The notes under the pieces were generated by a model. That model was not told the DNA's origin and did no database searches. It worked only from the letters and a program-made list of their open reading frames with translations. From a virus, in the IMG/VR virus record IMGVR_UViG_3300027747_004779, positions 64,001 to 128,000 of that record: DNA of 64,000 nucleotides, one strand, 5' to 3'. Within the stretch, counting starts at the first letter, position 1; each line of letters begins with the position of its first letter. Position numbers and translations under genes: made by a program. This document shows, piece after piece, positions 10,068-19,783 of this stretch.

Positions 10068-10100
10068 TAAAATATTTAATCTATTTCAATAAATAATATT

Positions 10101-10514
10101 ATGAGTCTATTCGAACGTAAATTTGGCATAGTTTTAGAAGCTAATGATGATGTTGAACCGACGCCTGCTGCTTCTAATGCACCTCAAACTGATAAAGAAG
10201 CGATGGCACAGTCATTAAATACTGCAAAACCTGAAGATTTTGATGTTGAAGGAAAAAGACAAGAACTTGTAGATCATGTTAAAGGTGAACAGACAACAAA
10301 GCTTAAAGAATGGATTGGACAAATAGATCAATTTATTACATTTTTAAATGGTACTGATGCAAGTTCAATGCAAGTTCAATTACATGCTGCACCTTGTGAC
10401 TCTACGTTCGAGGATATTGCAAGAAGTGAAAAGAAAAAAATTGCACGTCTTGCTGCTGAATTAAGTTCGCTCAGCGAATCACTTAAAGGCTATTTAATTT
10501 CTGCTAACGAGTAA
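10101..10514 (+). CDS. Hypothetical late protein with capsid-targeting-like leader
   Basis: TAAATA 5 nt upstream; starts MSLFERKFGIVLEA. Confidence 0.7.
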   Translation: MSLFERKFGIVLEANDDVEPTPAASNAPQTDKEAMAQSLNTAKPEDFDVEGKRQELVDHVKGEQTTKLKEWIGQIDQFITFLNGTDASSMQVQLHAAPCDSTFEDIARSEKKKIARLAAELSSLSESLKGYLISANE

Positions 10515-11538
10515 TAGAAGACATTACTAGTCGGGCTTTTAAGCCTGTAAAAGCATTATCAACAAAAAACGAAGGCTCAATTTCGCTTAGATTTTTTGCT
10601 TCACACATTTCATTAATATCTTTGTAAGATTTAGAAAAAGTTTCAGGCCATATAAAAACTGTTTCACCGCTCTCAATAAGCTTTTGCGTTTTTTTTCTAC
10701 CTGCATCGTCAAGCCATTGATTATCTAACACCCAAATCTTTTTATGAAACTTAAATGATGCTAACTGTGCTTCTTGTAGCAATGTAAAGTTGGTATTACT
10801 GTTCTCCTGAATACCTGCAACAGCTGTACCATTCTTTACAAAAAACGCATCAATAGGGCCTTCAAAAATGAATATAAAATCTAAATCTGCAGATATTTTA
10901 TTAATATTATAAAGTGATTTTTCACCGTTTATTTTACTCAAATATTTCGGATAAAACTTCATATCTTCCTTATAAATTACCCGGGACTGATAGAATATAA
11001 CTTCGTTATCCTCGCTATAAAAAGGTATAATAATTCTATTCTTGTGCGTCTTGTCTTTTAATGAAACGTAGATAGCTTCTGGTCGATTAACAGCGGCATC
11101 TATTTTACGCTTTCTTATTAGTTCCAGTGCATCGTTAACAATCTTATTGTCTTTAAAGTATTCAATCTGATTCGCATCAAACAAATTAATTGAATCAGTG
11201 GGGAGAGGTTCAACCTGACGTTTAGGTTTTGGTATCTCGTCTGCACTAAGCACGTCTACTGGTATAACATCATAGTTTTGAGCCTCTTGAATGATTTCGT
11301 TGAATGTAAGGCCAGAAACCTCTTGTATCCATTTTGTTGCATCGCTATACCACCCACAGTTATGACAGCATATAGCGTTCTTATCAACTATATAAATACA
11401 TCTACGTTTTTTACCCCAAGACTTACCTTCATGACATATAGGACAGCCGGCGATATACGTGTTACTAAATCTTTTAAATTTTGGCGTACCAGCGTACTGA
11501 TAGAATTTTTGTATAGTATATTCTTGCGGTATTAGCAC
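10504..11538 (-). CDS. DNA primase (T4 gp61-like)
   Basis: Zn finger CPIC..CHNC, RIIIPF, TOPRIM EGPIDA, KDINE. Confidence 0.93.
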   Translation of the reverse strand: MLIPQEYTIQKFYQYAGTPKFKRFSNTYIAGCPICHEGKSWGKKRRCIYIVDKNAICCHNCGWYSDATKWIQEVSGLTFNEIIQEAQNYDVIPVDVLSADEIPKPKRQVEPLPTDSINLFDANQIEYFKDNKIVNDALELIRKRKIDAAVNRPEAIYVSLKDKTHKNRIIIPFYSEDNEVIFYQSRVIYKEDMKFYPKYLSKINGEKSLYNINKISADLDFIFIFEGPIDAFFVKNGTAVAGIQENSNTNFTLLQEAQLASFKFHKKIWVLDNQWLDDAGRKKTQKLIESGETVFIWPETFSKSYKDINEMCEAKNLSEIEPSFFVDNAFTGLKARLVMSSITR

Positions 11539-11574
11539 AGAATAATATTAAAGGAATTACCTGTAATTACAAGC

Positions 11575-11754
11575 TTATTTTTTTTCAATATCTCTAACAG
11601 AAACAACACCCTTGCGAATAAAAGCACCTGAAGCGGGGTCAATATACTCTGCTTCAACTATTTCTTTACCTTCGCGAATATATGTCTTTAATCTCGGCTT
11701 TACAGGTTGACCACTAATAGGCGAGACAATTATCTTCGGCTCAATAATATCCAT
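11575..11754 (-). CDS. Small 59 aa protein missing from the ORF track (MDIIEPKIIVSPISGQPV...DPASGAFIRKG...)
   Basis: Translated by hand; fills the gap between neighbours; starts 1 nt after the upstream stop. Confidence 0.75.
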   Translation of the reverse strand: MDIIEPKIIVSPISGQPVKPRLKTYIREGKEIVEAEYIDPASGAFIRKGVVSVRDIEKK

Positions 11755-11755
11755 A

Positions 11756-11953
11756 TTATTTATTTAATGTTTTAGCGAGCTTAGCTTTTAACTGTTCTGT
11801 ATATTTTGATACAAAGCCATCAATAGCGTTATTAGCTGCTGCAGGGCCTGATGCATTAGCAATCTTTACAATTTCAGCTGTTTCAATACCAACTGTAAAG
11901 GCATCGGTTTCCCTTGTATCGAGTCTTAGAACTGTTTCAATAGTTAATTTCAT
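11756..11953 (-). CDS. Hypothetical late protein
   Basis: TAAATA 5 nt upstream. Confidence 0.65.
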   Translation of the reverse strand: MKLTIETVLRLDTRETDAFTVGIETAEIVKIANASGPAAANNAIDGFVSKYTEQLKAKLAKTLNK

Positions 11954-11964
11954 ATAACTATTTA

Positions 11965-12249
11965 TTAAGGTGTCTGAGAAAGCAAACTTTTATTTTTTTT
12001 ATATTGCACACAACATGTTTCATAAACATCTTTAGGTAGTTTTTCGACAATATCAACAATACCTTCTTTTAACCCGTAGTCAAATTTGTCATGAGGAATT
12101 TCACGTATCTTCATATCAGGTAATGATAAAAAACTTAAGCTATCATTCTCTAATGTCATAAAGACGAGAAGTTCGCCTAAATAAGCCCCTTTTGTAACCG
12201 CGTAAATATATCTTTGTTGTGGGTGTTCTTTAGATACTTTAAAGATCAT
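11965..12249 (-). CDS. Hypothetical protein
   Basis: ATGA coupling to the upstream gene gives start MIFKVSK. Confidence 0.65.
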   Translation of the reverse strand: MIFKVSKEHPQQRYIYAVTKGAYLGELLVFMTLENDSLSFLSLPDMKIREIPHDKFDYGLKEGIVDIVEKLPKDVYETCCVQYKKNKSLLSQTP

Positions 12250-13118
12250 ACACTTAACTGCTTTATGCAGCTTTCCATTGATACACATGAATCGGGTAAT
12301 GCTAGACCTAAGCTCTTTATTTTATCAGTAGAAAGCACGCAATTAGAACGATTAGCTTTAAGAGAGAGCGACTCAATATCTACGAATTTCCAATTAGGGT
12401 TAATAATGTTATATTTCGAAAGAAGCTCTACAACATCCTTACCATCGAGTAAACCTTCATTGACGACGTTATAAATCCCCGGATAGTTTTTATAAAAGCG
12501 ATGCATTAAGAATTCTTTTGTAAAAGTACACAGATCATCAATTGACGTCATGCTATTTTTATAACAAACTAAATTATCATAATTAATAATTTTATTAATA
12601 TAGTTTCTTTCAGAATTATAAGCACAAAAAGGCATGCGTATACGAAATGTAGATGCAGCGTTTTTATTAATTAAAGCTTCTGCCAGGTGTTTTGTCTTTG
12701 AATAGAAGCTGCTTATAGGGTTAAACATTCCAAAATTTGGAATATCAAGCTCTGTGAAGTCTTTTTCATAACCTGTAAAAATACAGCCGCTAGAAATATT
12801 AATCAGCCAATAGTTGTATTTGTCGCAAAAATTGCTTAAAAAGACCGGAAGCTTGGTATTATAATCAAGACAAATTTCTTTATTTGATTCACATGCATCG
12901 ACGTTCGGACGACCCGTATAACCGGAGCAATTGATAATAACAATATCATTAACATTATCATGGTGCGATTCGCGTATATACCTCTTTAAAGCTATCTCAT
13001 CAAAATAATTTACTTCCTTAAGACTGACAATATTGAGATGAAAATTATTTTCATTCGAAAAACTATTGTATATATGAGTACCTACAAAACCTTTGCCGAG
13101 TATAAAGACATTAACCAC
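12246..13118 (-). CDS. NDP-sugar reductase/epimerase (RmlD-like SDR)
   Basis: GKGFVG Rossmann motif, GYTGRPNVDACE, SSGCIF, YSKTK. Confidence 0.85.
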   Translation of the reverse strand: MVNVFILGKGFVGTHIYNSFSNENNFHLNIVSLKEVNYFDEIALKRYIRESHHDNVNDIVIINCSGYTGRPNVDACESNKEICLDYNTKLPVFLSNFCDKYNYWLINISSGCIFTGYEKDFTELDIPNFGMFNPISSFYSKTKHLAEALINKNAASTFRIRMPFCAYNSERNYINKIINYDNLVCYKNSMTSIDDLCTFTKEFLMHRFYKNYPGIYNVVNEGLLDGKDVVELLSKYNIINPNWKFVDIESLSLKANRSNCVLSTDKIKSLGLALPDSCVSMESCIKQLSV

Positions 13119-13142
13119 GAAAATATTTTATATTAAAAATTA

Positions 13143-13466
13143 TTAATCTCCAGAGCTATTCTGGTTAAAAAGAAATTTATTAATTAAAGTTCCGAGTGAA
13201 TCGGCTTCTTGCTGGTTATGGGCAGAAATAATTGTTATAGGCTCACCGTCGAAATTATATCCGAGAAGAACAAAGCTGTTTAAAAATTCTAATACCTGAC
13301 TTGTTAAAACGTCTAAATCTTTTTTTGATTCATGCTTATTTTTAAGCTGATCGCGTAAAAAAGAGACAAGCGCTTTATGCGTTAGTTCTTTGACTTCCTT
13401 ATTTGCATTAGGATCAAAGCTACGATCTTTATCGCTTCCACTAGACTTGTTCTTGTCTTTCATCAT
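13143..13466 (-). CDS. Hypothetical protein
   Basis: ORF with TAAATA upstream. Confidence 0.65.
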   Translation of the reverse strand: MMKDKNKSSGSDKDRSFDPNANKEVKELTHKALVSFLRDQLKNKHESKKDLDVLTSQVLEFLNSFVLLGYNFDGEPITIISAHNQQEADSLGTLINKFLFNQNSSGD

Positions 13467-13815
13467 AAGTATTTAGTCTTTTTGACAGATATCTATCCCT
13501 ACCCGGGTAGTCAGTATTATTAGAAACACCGTGTCCGAGCAGATAATCTACAATTACTTCAATACTCGATGTTTTAATAAAGAAATTCTTAGGTACACGT
13601 TTGCCGCCATCATCTATTTCAAATAGAATTTCATCTATATTATTTTTATTAGCATAACACGTAATAAGAACAGAAGCTTCAGTTGGGTTGACCATTACGG
13701 TCCACTGCCTAGGATCAGATTTAGAATATATTGCAAATAACTTGACAACAATAAAGCCATTGTCACGTAGACGTTTAATAAAATAGCTTGGTGTTCTTAG
13801 TTTATTTTTACTCAT
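13441..13815 (-). CDS. Hypothetical protein
   Basis: ORF directly downstream of the sliding clamp. Confidence 0.7.
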   Translation of the reverse strand: MSKNKLRTPSYFIKRLRDNGFIVVKLFAIYSKSDPRQWTVMVNPTEASVLITCYANKNNIDEILFEIDDGGKRVPKNFFIKTSSIEVIVDYLLGHGVSNNTDYPGRDRYLSKRLNTYDERQEQV

Positions 13816-13816
13816 A

Positions 13817-14548
13817 TTAATTAGCTAATGCAGAGATTACAAATTTAAAAGATGTATTCTCTAGATTTAAATCAAATAGCATTACTCCCATTTTTGTTAC
13901 TAGCTTGGCTTGTATCTCTTTGAATCTCATAGAAGAAATTATTCTAAAGATTTCAAAATTCAACGGTATCGGTAGATTAAACTGTACTCCGCTATAATTG
14001 TCAGATATTCTGATTCCATACGAATCTATATTAGCCCGCATCTTATCTGTAAGTTCACCGGTAACAAAATTATCTTTTACAGAAATATATAGTTTATTTG
14101 ATTCTGTACTAATAGTACTACCTTTAATTAAACTGACTGTCGAACCGTGTGATAAAGTAAAGCTCCCATCATATTCTAAAGCTTTAAGCTTATCGATATT
14201 CACTTTAGGCGTTGTAATGATGTTATCATCATATAGGTGGTATTTAAAACGTACACTATCAGATTTAAATCCAATATAGTTAGCAGATATATCTAGTTCA
14301 AATAAATCGGTTTCAATACAGCTTAATACTCTGCATAGTTTTTTGAGATCAGGAACGTTTAATACTTTTTCAACATCTATTTTATCATCAGAATATTCTG
14401 CACTAACAATAATAGTATTATCGCAAGCAGATATTAATGAGGATATTTTTTGTTTGGTTACCTTTAAAACAGCGCTATCAGCAACTTTACTAAGAGGGGT
14501 TATAAAATTAGTTAGAAATTTATCTCTATCAGATATAACAAGAGTCAT
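13817..14548 (-). CDS. DNA polymerase sliding clamp (gp45-like)
   Basis: 243 aa, beta-rich; LNVPDLKKL; sits in the replication cluster. Confidence 0.7.
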   Translation of the reverse strand: MTLVISDRDKFLTNFITPLSKVADSAVLKVTKQKISSLISACDNTIIVSAEYSDDKIDVEKVLNVPDLKKLCRVLSCIETDLFELDISANYIGFKSDSVRFKYHLYDDNIITTPKVNIDKLKALEYDGSFTLSHGSTVSLIKGSTISTESNKLYISVKDNFVTGELTDKMRANIDSYGIRISDNYSGVQFNLPIPLNFEIFRIISSMRFKEIQAKLVTKMGVMLFDLNLENTSFKFVISALAN

Positions 14549-14579
14549 TACTTTAATAATAACCTCTTTATACTAGCAA

Positions 14580-15011
14580 TCAATCTATTTTTTCTACTAA
14601 AGGAGTTTTTTTTAAAATACTATTAAGTGTATCTAGCTTACGTTCTATTCTATCTAATTGCTCAAATATTTGCTTTGAATATGGTGAGCTATCAAAATCA
14701 AATTCTAATTGATTGGGATCACTCTTTACTGCTTCTATTGTTTGAACGTTAAGGTTATGCTGTGGTTGAATATTATTAATATGCGGTTGAGCAATATTAA
14801 TGCCTGCGTTTACCACATTTGCAACCGGGTTCTGTGAACCGGGTATAGTGTTAATAACCCGCAAAGGGTCGATAGTTAACCCTTGTAAGGATGTAGTTTT
14901 GTTAGTAATGTGCTGGTCTAATACTTTAAGATCACCAGTCAGGTGCTGACCCATAAACTGGATCGTAGCAAGCCTAATCTCTTCTGGTGTTAATTCCTTA
15001 AAACTATCCAT
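14580..15011 (-). CDS. Hypothetical protein
   Basis: ORF coupled to gp32; QLEFDF motif and C-terminal coiled coil. Confidence 0.65.
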   Translation of the reverse strand: MDSFKELTPEEIRLATIQFMGQHLTGDLKVLDQHITNKTTSLQGLTIDPLRVINTIPGSQNPVANVVNAGINIAQPHINNIQPQHNLNVQTIEAVKSDPNQLEFDFDSSPYSKQIFEQLDRIERKLDTLNSILKKTPLVEKID

Positions 15012-15859
15012 TACAGGTCCTTGAGCAGTTCCTTAATCGAAGCATCTTCGTCTTCGGTTGGCTTTGCAGCCTTCTTAGCAACTACTTGAACCGATGGTGT
15101 TGGAGCTGACGTTTTCGGCGTTACAGCTTCTACAGCTTCTTCAACATCCTTAGTACCATGATAATGCTCATCCAGGATATTCTTAAGCTCATCATAACTC
15201 TTAACACTTACATAAGATTCAAGATCAAATGCACTATTATAGATCTTATTATAGCCATCTTCATCAAGACCTTCAATTTCTTTAGGGGTAGAGAACTTCG
15301 ATGAAACGTATGTTGGATAATCGCCCTGTTTTTCAACCTTAATACGAAGGTTACAGCCTTTGGGCGAAAGATCAAAGATACGGGCGCCTAGCTCTGCAGC
15401 TTCTTCACCTTCGATTGCGTCCATAATAATCTTATGAAGCTGGCGACCAAAACGTACAATTTTTACTTTACCGTTATTTTCAGAGTTAACAGGATCATTT
15501 ACAACATATACATTCACCAACCAATTTTCACGACGCTTAATAGCGAGAGCTTTTTCTTTTTCTTTTTCTGTACCATTGCGAAGAACTCTGTAGCGCTCCT
15601 CGGCAATAGGATCACGCTGATTCCAAGTTGTCGGGCTAACAGCGGTAACTAACTGACCGGTCGTAAGACTATTCCAGCCATAAGAATAATAATGAAAGAA
15701 TGTCTTTGCAGCATCCTTAACATTAGGTAAAAGTCTAACAGTATAAGTATTGCCTGCCTCTGTGCGCAAGTAATCCTTAATTTTAGAAGAAGTAGACTCG
15801 TTATTTTTTGTCAAAGCACCCTTAATGCTTTCAAACATCGATGTAGTAAATGTATTCAT
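15011..15859 (-). CDS. Single-stranded DNA-binding protein (gp32-like)
   Basis: VRLLP, NVYVVNDP..ENNGKV, IFDL, Y..SKF motifs and acidic tail; start moved to MNTF. Confidence 0.9.
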   Translation of the reverse strand: MNTFTTSMFESIKGALTKNNESTSSKIKDYLRTEAGNTYTVRLLPNVKDAAKTFFHYYSYGWNSLTTGQLVTAVSPTTWNQRDPIAEERYRVLRNGTEKEKEKALAIKRRENWLVNVYVVNDPVNSENNGKVKIVRFGRQLHKIIMDAIEGEEAAELGARIFDLSPKGCNLRIKVEKQGDYPTYVSSKFSTPKEIEGLDEDGYNKIYNSAFDLESYVSVKSYDELKNILDEHYHGTKDVEEAVEAVTPKTSAPTPSVQVVAKKAAKPTEDEDASIKELLKDL

Positions 15860-15891
15860 ATTAAAGTATGATATATTCAAATAAAAATAAA

Positions 15892-16533
15892 TCAAGCATA
15901 TTTGCTAGAAATCTTTTTAAGGCCGAGGTCTACAAGTCTTAAAGCCTTTTTTGAATTATAAAGCTTTGTTCTATACGTAGATATGTTGTTGTAAAAATCG
16001 TCGCCAATAATAAACCGTATTATTTCAGGATCTCTGCTCTTGAGATTTTTCTCAAATACCTCAAACCCTAAAAGCGTATATATGTTAACTTTATGCTCTT
16101 TTAAATGAACCATAAATGAATATTCATTATTTGTTTTGTGATTAATATAATTTTGAGGGCTTACCTTAGCTTCATTGCAAAAATTTAGTATAAACACTAG
16201 TGATTGTTTAATATTGGATAATTGTTCTTCGCTATCAGGATCCATATTAACAATTTTTTTCTGAAATAGGGTATAGGATTTTGTAGCTTTAAGACTGGCA
16301 TAATAGTCAAGAGGAAAATAAGGCTCGTCAGGGTAGAGACTATAAGGGGCTTTAAAATAGTCCTCAATCTTAATATGAGGGAACTTTTTTAAAAATGTTG
16401 CAATGCGTTTAATTGCAATAAACTGCGCTTCGTCAATTTTTTCAAAATTTTTACGAAGCTTAAAGGGCTTGTTCTTACTCGATCTAGAAACAGCTAAGTA
16501 TGTGTTGTAAATGTGCTTTTCGAATGTCGTCAT
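15892..16533 (-). CDS. Hypothetical protein, possibly gp59-like helicase loader
   Basis: Basic, 213 aa, next to gp32 as gp59 is in T4. Confidence 0.4.
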   Translation of the reverse strand: MTTFEKHIYNTYLAVSRSSKNKPFKLRKNFEKIDEAQFIAIKRIATFLKKFPHIKIEDYFKAPYSLYPDEPYFPLDYYASLKATKSYTLFQKKIVNMDPDSEEQLSNIKQSLVFILNFCNEAKVSPQNYINHKTNNEYSFMVHLKEHKVNIYTLLGFEVFEKNLKSRDPEIIRFIIGDDFYNNISTYRTKLYNSKKALRLVDLGLKKISSKYA

Positions 16534-16748
16534 TAATTATAGAATTTCCACTTATTACGGGAAAGTTCTTTTTTGACGCGACGCATCTTACTTGGCTTGT
16601 AGTGACACCTTTTAAGTCTTAAAACGTCTAAAACGCCTGACTTTAAAAATTCTCTGCTAAACTTATTAAGGGCTTTTTCAAAATAAGCTTTATCAAGACT
16701 CTTCTTACCATTTAAAGATACTTCTGCATTAGGGTGTTTTTTACTCAT
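16533..16748 (-). CDS. rpsU: Ribosomal protein bS21 homologue
   Basis: FEKALNKF...SGVL..LR...HYKPS..RR pattern; 71 aa and basic. Confidence 0.85.
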   Translation of the reverse strand: MSKKHPNAEVSLNGKKSLDKAYFEKALNKFSREFLKSGVLDVLRLKRCHYKPSKMRRVKKELSRNKWKFYN

Positions 16749-17038
16749 AAAAATAGACTCTTTTTGGAACTGTTTAAAAACTTCATAACGTATTTACTTT
16801 TATACAATGTTGAATCAAAATGCAAGAAAAATTTAATTGCACTAAAATCATTTTTAATGTCACAATATGCTTTAAAAAGATCTCGAAGTGCTCTTTTTTT
16901 AAGTAATAAAATAAAAACATTAGCTAAATTAAGCTTCTTAGTATTGGTAAGTGTCACAAATGAACAAAAAGATAAGAACAAATGTGTCTGCTCATACTCT
17001 GTCATTTGCTTAGATGGATCAAATGTATTCACTGTCAA
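16745..17038 (-). CDS. Hypothetical protein translationally coupled to bS21
   Basis: ATGA overlap with rpsU; start uncertain (TTG 17038, GTG 17032 or ATG 17005). Confidence 0.65.
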   Translation of the reverse strand: MTVNTFDPSKQMTEYEQTHLFLSFCSFVTLTNTKKLNLANVFILLLKKRALRDLFKAYCDIKNDFSAIKFFLHFDSTLYKSKYVMKFLNSSKKSLFL

Positions 17039-17058
17039 TACTAATTATTGACTATTTA
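17034..17058 (-). promoter_or_regulatory. Late promoter overlapping a 7 bp hairpin upstream of the bS21 operon
   Basis: TAAATA followed by GTCAATA-attag-TATTGAC. Confidence 0.55.
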
Positions 17059-17070
17059 TTGTAAATCCAT

Positions 17071-18396
17071 CTATCCCAACGCTAATTTTGTCAATGTATT
17101 AATCGATGATGCACTCCCTTCTGTATCGTTTATATGTTCGTCCTCTGTAATAGTAAGTGTAGTATAATCAATTCTCATAGGGCAGAATCCGAAATTGGGT
17201 CCAAATCGATTTTTCATAAAGCCCATCTTGATAACACCTAGCTCTTTATCAGTATCTTCCTGCCATACACTTAATATCACGTCACCGGTCATTGCTAACC
17301 CAATACTTTCTGAGATAGTTTTAAGACCGGGCTCAGATATTTCATAACCATCTCTATTGAGCTGTGTAGCTGAAATAATAGGGCAATTAAAGTCATACGT
17401 TAATGCGCGTAGTTGTTCAGTGCAGATTTTAATTCTTTCATAACTGCTATCGCCCATTGTTGAGTTGAGCAAATTAACGTAATCGAGAACAATAGCATCA
17501 ATTTTTATTCCTTTTTGTGTAAGTTTTCTTACAAAAGCTTTTAAATGATTGCAAGTTATTGTAGCAGGTGGAAACTCTTTAATAATAATTTTAGAGCTTG
17601 GATTCTCGATACAATACTCGGAAATTTGACTCTTAAGATTCTGAGATTCAACTTTAAGCTGGCCAAGGGGTATCTTAGATACACTTGAACAGAGTCGCTT
17701 TGCATATACAAGCTCAGGCATTTCAAGAGAGACTAAGAGTACTGTCTTGCCTTGTTTAGCAATATTAATTGCAACGTTACCAAGAAAAATACTTTTTCCA
17801 ATATTAGTTTCACCAGCAAACAGGTATAATGCACGACCGGATTCTAAAAAACCTCCACCGATTTTATCATCAAGCCATTTCCACTTTGAGGGAATATATC
17901 TGTCTGTAGAGTTTAAATCATCAATAACACGATCCACATCAGTAAATAAATCTAAACCTATTTCAGTTGCGAGGGTAATACTGCATGCCTTTTCAAACTT
18001 ATCCAAAATTTTAGATGTATCGACTTCGTTTTTATTAATATCATCTACTACATCCATCATAGTATGATATACTGCCTTCTCTTTTAAAAATATTTCTGTA
18101 TTCGTCGAGAGCTCATCATTATTAAGATTTTTATCTATGCCAGTAAACAGATTAACAACATTTTTAAGAGATGTCTTTAGTTCGTCTGTTGTTAAATAGG
18201 ATTTAATTTCAGTAATAGTCGGTTTAGTATTTCTTTTTTCGTAAAAATCGCGAATAATGGTAAAAATAGCTTTTATATCTTTGTTTTTAAAATAAAGTGG
18301 TTTAACGTAATCAACAATAGAAGCAAGGTACGTATCGTCAGTAAGGCTTTTGTAGGCGATTACTGTTTCAAAATAGTCTAAATCTAACTTCGCCAT
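17071..18396 (-). CDS. Replicative helicase (T4 gp41-like)
   Basis: GETNIGKS, SLEM, IKEFPP, LDYVNL, SATQLNR and KNRFG motifs. Confidence 0.96.
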   Translation of the reverse strand: MAKLDLDYFETVIAYKSLTDDTYLASIVDYVKPLYFKNKDIKAIFTIIRDFYEKRNTKPTITEIKSYLTTDELKTSLKNVVNLFTGIDKNLNNDELSTNTEIFLKEKAVYHTMMDVVDDINKNEVDTSKILDKFEKACSITLATEIGLDLFTDVDRVIDDLNSTDRYIPSKWKWLDDKIGGGFLESGRALYLFAGETNIGKSIFLGNVAINIAKQGKTVLLVSLEMPELVYAKRLCSSVSKIPLGQLKVESQNLKSQISEYCIENPSSKIIIKEFPPATITCNHLKAFVRKLTQKGIKIDAIVLDYVNLLNSTMGDSSYERIKICTEQLRALTYDFNCPIISATQLNRDGYEISEPGLKTISESIGLAMTGDVILSVWQEDTDKELGVIKMGFMKNRFGPNFGFCPMRIDYTTLTITEDEHINDTEGSASSINTLTKLALG

Positions 18397-18426
18397 TAAT
18401 CTATAATATAGTATTTTTTCTTGTTA

Positions 18427-19095
18427 TCAATGTGTGCTATATTCTTTTAGAAATTTCTCTTGGCTAGCATTAAAGTTTTTATCTTCAAAGCTTAATAGCC
18501 CGGGCGAATTATGCATAACCCAGATAGGGGCAACTCCAAGCTTTAGTTTCTTTTTATTTGCATCAATACAGCTAGCAATATCGTAATGATGAAACTTGTA
18601 GTTTTCATTAAACTTCCAGCCGGTCTCTTTGACACTTTTTGTTTTTATAGAAAGAAATAACCCATCTAATATGGCAACGCGTGCGGGTGTCGGTCCAAAA
18701 TTGGTAACCATAATTTGGTCCTTGCTACATGGGTGTGAAACTGCGCCATGTAAATTGTTACTTTGAAATCCTCCGCACATTAAATGCCATAAAGCTGGTG
18801 CTTTAATTGTAGGGTTAACGCCGCCTGCAAGGCCAACAATATCAAATTGAGTATGTGCTTTGATTAATTTTTCACAAACACCGAGATCGTCAACATATAC
18901 GTCATCATGGAGAAAAACAATATAATCAAAATCATTTAAATGTTCTTTTAAAATAGAATTATACATTACGCTCAGGCCTTCTTTGTTGTTAGCGTCATAA
19001 TACACATCGATATCATTCAACCGTGATAATGATTTGTAAGCTAATGTCTCTTCAGCATTATCTCCTTTTGTTGTAAAATAAAAAGCGATCTTCAT
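18427..19095 (-). CDS. GT-A fold glycosyltransferase-like protein
   Basis: YIVFLHDDV, DIVGLAG, LDGLF, FHHYD and HNSPG motifs. Confidence 0.8.
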   Translation of the reverse strand: MKIAFYFTTKGDNAEETLAYKSLSRLNDIDVYYDANNKEGLSVMYNSILKEHLNDFDYIVFLHDDVYVDDLGVCEKLIKAHTQFDIVGLAGGVNPTIKAPALWHLMCGGFQSNNLHGAVSHPCSKDQIMVTNFGPTPARVAILDGLFLSIKTKSVKETGWKFNENYKFHHYDIASCIDANKKKLKLGVAPIWVMHNSPGLLSFEDKNFNASQEKFLKEYSTH

Positions 19096-19775
19096 GGTGT
19101 AAAAAATGGTGAGTTAGGGGTAAATTTACCAACAGAAGTAATGCCTTCTTGTGTTAAAAGATATAATAACCCCTCTTCTAATGCAACATATCCGGGTTCG
19201 GGTAGAGATGAAAACTCATTATTAATAAAGTCAGCATATAGTGTACTACCGGAGCGAGCAATATATATGTTCCCGCTCTTTTGATTGTACATCCAGAGCC
19301 CGAACGTGCCTTTGAGTTGTGAAAGCGTTCGAACAATGCCTGCTACCTCGTCCTTAATACTCTTCTCGTTTATATGCAACAGTACAGGTATTACAGATGA
19401 ATCAACAACGTTAAAAGCTTTCTTATCCGGTATCAAGGCTTTAAGCTGCTTATCGTTAGTTAAGACGCCGTTATGAGCTATTAGCCAATCTTTATACTGA
19501 AATGGATGTGAAGTTGCTGGAGTAAACTTTCGTTGCGATGAAGTAGGGGCTTGCGTATGGCCTAAGTAATAATTAAAGTCATTAATATACTTCTTCTTTT
19601 TACCGTATTCAATAATTAGCTTATTGTTTAATTGTGTAACGCCTGGAGTCTTCAAAATAGCGTGCAATCTCTTGCCAATCAATAAGCCTCCATAAGAAAA
19701 GTTACCTCTTTTCTTGTTATTATTATAAAGCTTTACGTATTTCGTAAACTCTTTAGCTCCAAATATGCCGCAAAT
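19092..19775 (-). CDS. Class II (Ntn) glutamine amidotransferase with inferred ATT start
   Basis: The frame extends upstream of the called TTG to ATT-TGC-GGC-ATA-TTT-GGA (CGIFG); also RG, GHTQAPT, HPF, AHNGVL and VDS motifs. Confidence 0.85.
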   Translation of the reverse strand: MCGIFGAKEFTKYVKLYNNNKKRGNFSYGGLLIGKRLHAILKTPGVTQLNNKLIIEYGKKKKYINDFNYYLGHTQAPTSSQRKFTPATSHPFQYKDWLIAHNGVLTNDKQLKALIPDKKAFNVVDSSVIPVLLHINEKSIKDEVAGIVRTLSQLKGTFGLWMYNQKSGNIYIARSGSTLYADFINNEFSSLPEPGYVALEEGLLYLLTQEGITSVGKFTPNSPFFTP

Positions 19776-19783
19776 AACATTAT

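Noticed and set aside
19092-19682. ORF-track TTG start for the amidotransferase
   Set aside because: It would remove the catalytic N-terminal Cys and the RG motif, which are intact in frame upstream
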